The notes under the pieces are model-generated. The model made no database searches and was not told the DNA's origin. It saw only the letters and a program-made list of their open reading frames with translations. From contig CAUYUJ010000159.1 of the NCBI GenBank assembly GCA_963575745.1, forward strand, positions 434,001 to 498,000: a DNA stretch of 64,000 nt. Direction: 5' to 3'. Shown piece after piece: positions 62,273 through 64,000 of this stretch. The position numbers and the translations under genes were made by a program. Source of the stretch: Prorocentrum cordatum (lineage: Eukaryota). Positions within the stretch are counted from its first letter, which is position 1, and every line of letters begins with the position of its first letter.

Positions 62273-63258
62273 GAATCCCACCAGCCCTCTGGGCGGAGGT
62301 GGTCTAGCGTGTTTCGTTTGCCAACCTCTCCCTGCTCGGGGGGGGGCCCCCTCCCAGCCTCTGGGCGGCGAGGGCAGCGATGTGTCAGAGGGTCCTTGTG
62401 GGCTCCAGATGGCCCCACGAGAGCCTCAGAGAGCCCAAGATGGTCTCCAAGATGGCCCAACATACCTCAAGCTGGCTCAGGGTAGCCTCCGACACGCATC
62501 CAATATGCTCTACGACGGCTCCAAGGCGGTTTCAAGCGCCCTCCGAGCCCTCCAAGGACCACTCCAAGGGGCCAACATGATTCCAACACTTAGGGAACAA
62601 TGTTTTTGGCTTTGGTGCCGTTTCGCGTCCGATGTGCTCTTCAGGCGTCAAGATGGGCCCACGATGGCCGAAAGGGAGTTCCCAGAGACGCCCAAGAGGG
62701 CACCAAGAGCGCCCAGCAGCGCTCCGAGAGCGACCCAACAGAGGCCCAAGACGGCAGGTGTGTGTCTCCGAGGGGGGGCGATGTGAATTGAGACCAGCCT
62801 TGTTTGATCTATGCGGCCTAAGACGGCTTCTAGAGGCCTCCCAGCCCCCCCAAAGAGCCCCAAGAGGGCCCTAAGACGCCCCAAGAAGCCCCACCAATGC
62901 CCTAAGAGGACCTCAAGAGAGCACCAAGAAAGAGCACCAGGAAGCCCCAAGAGGGGCCCAAGAGAGTACCAAGAGAGCCCCACGATGCCTCCAAGTTTCG
63001 GAACGCACACGAGTTTAAGATACAAATCAGTGCAAGAGCCATTACGAGTCATCGAAACACCCATCACCCCTCATCGAATCACCATCGTAGATTGCACCGA
63101 TGTCCATCTTAAACTTCAATGCGGGAAGTCATGTGTGACACTTGTTTTTTTCCGAAGACTGCTGCGCGAATGCATGCGTCATGCCGCTCCTGATTCACCA
63201 ACTCCCCTGCTGATCGTTTCTGGATGGGCCAGTTGGGACACGCGAAGCGTCAATCATT
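62273..63258 (+). mobile_element. Non-autonomous Helitron2-like element E4
   Basis: 5' gaatcccaccagccc-tct-gggcggaggtgg; 3' ac-acgcgaagcgt-caatcatt; interior colinear with E3. Confidence 0.68.
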
Positions 63259-64000
63259 TCCGATTGCCTGATGCCCATCTAACAGATCGCGGGGATATGA
63301 GTGCGAACGATGGAGACGATGAGCAAGAAGAGGGCGAGGAAATAGGGCGTGGGAGAGGAGCGACCAGGATGGGACATCTGACATGTCAAGGTGGTGTTGT
63401 TATGATGAGGACGTGGGCACGATGCAGTGAGGGAAATATAATGATGGCAAGGGCGAGATAATTTGCTGTCTAGGGGGACCATCGCCGCGCGCACCTGAGG
63501 GCACATCGCCCCCCCGCCTTCGTTACTCAAACCACCCTCACGCCGAATGTGTTTCATTTAGTGGCGCTCCGAGATGGATCAGTCCCTGTTTGACGGGCTC
63601 GCGACTAGATCGAGAGGGTTACGCATGAGGTCTCAGATTGATGATGCTGTATATGCACCGATTCGCTGCGATATCTAGAGGTTGACATGATGACGCGCAT
63701 GATTTCGGTTATGGGACATGTGGTGATGGATGCGCTAATGGTGAACGATATGCTTGATCGTGTGGATGGTAATGACGGCTACAAGGCGAGCGGACATCAC
63801 GAGGAGGAGAGGTGATTTAAAGGACGTGGATGCGGAGGATCGATGATGCTGACATCTGCTATGGTCGGTGCCGACGGCGGAAATAGCCGTTCTCCTGCGC
63901 ACAGCTCGCTGTGTCTGTTGAGTGCATACCGCGAAAACACGCGACTGGCTGTCGTGCATTGCGATGTGCAATGCAAGCGTAAAATATCAATGTGTGGCGT

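Overview
Repeat-dominated eukaryotic DNA with one 100-N scaffold gap. It is most likely a dinoflagellate (inference from GT/GC/GA donors with AG|G junctions and the repeat types). Most ORF-track entries are artefacts of microsatellites and tandem repeats. Main signal: an apparently intact two-exon CMC-type (CACTA/EnSpm-Mirage-Chapaev-like) DDE transposase gene on the minus strand (58909-57048 + 56637-56403, 698 aa). It is overlapped at its 3' end by a four-exon C5 cytosine DNA methyltransferase-like gene (56515-56181, 55965-55741, 55338-55245, 48809-48441; about 340 aa) that the ORF track does not show as a unit. Tentative CAC termini with a 3-bp CCA duplication would place both genes in one element of about 13 kb, i.e. 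a candidate methyltransferase-carrying cut-and-paste transposon. Also present: six non-autonomous elements with Helitron2/Helentron-like ends (two head-to-head pairs, one a near-palindrome of about 4 kb), a decayed Copia pol, several decayed LINEs, MITE families, microsatellite-tailed short elements, many mini/microsatellites and at least one host exon. All calls come from manual reading; no database search was run.
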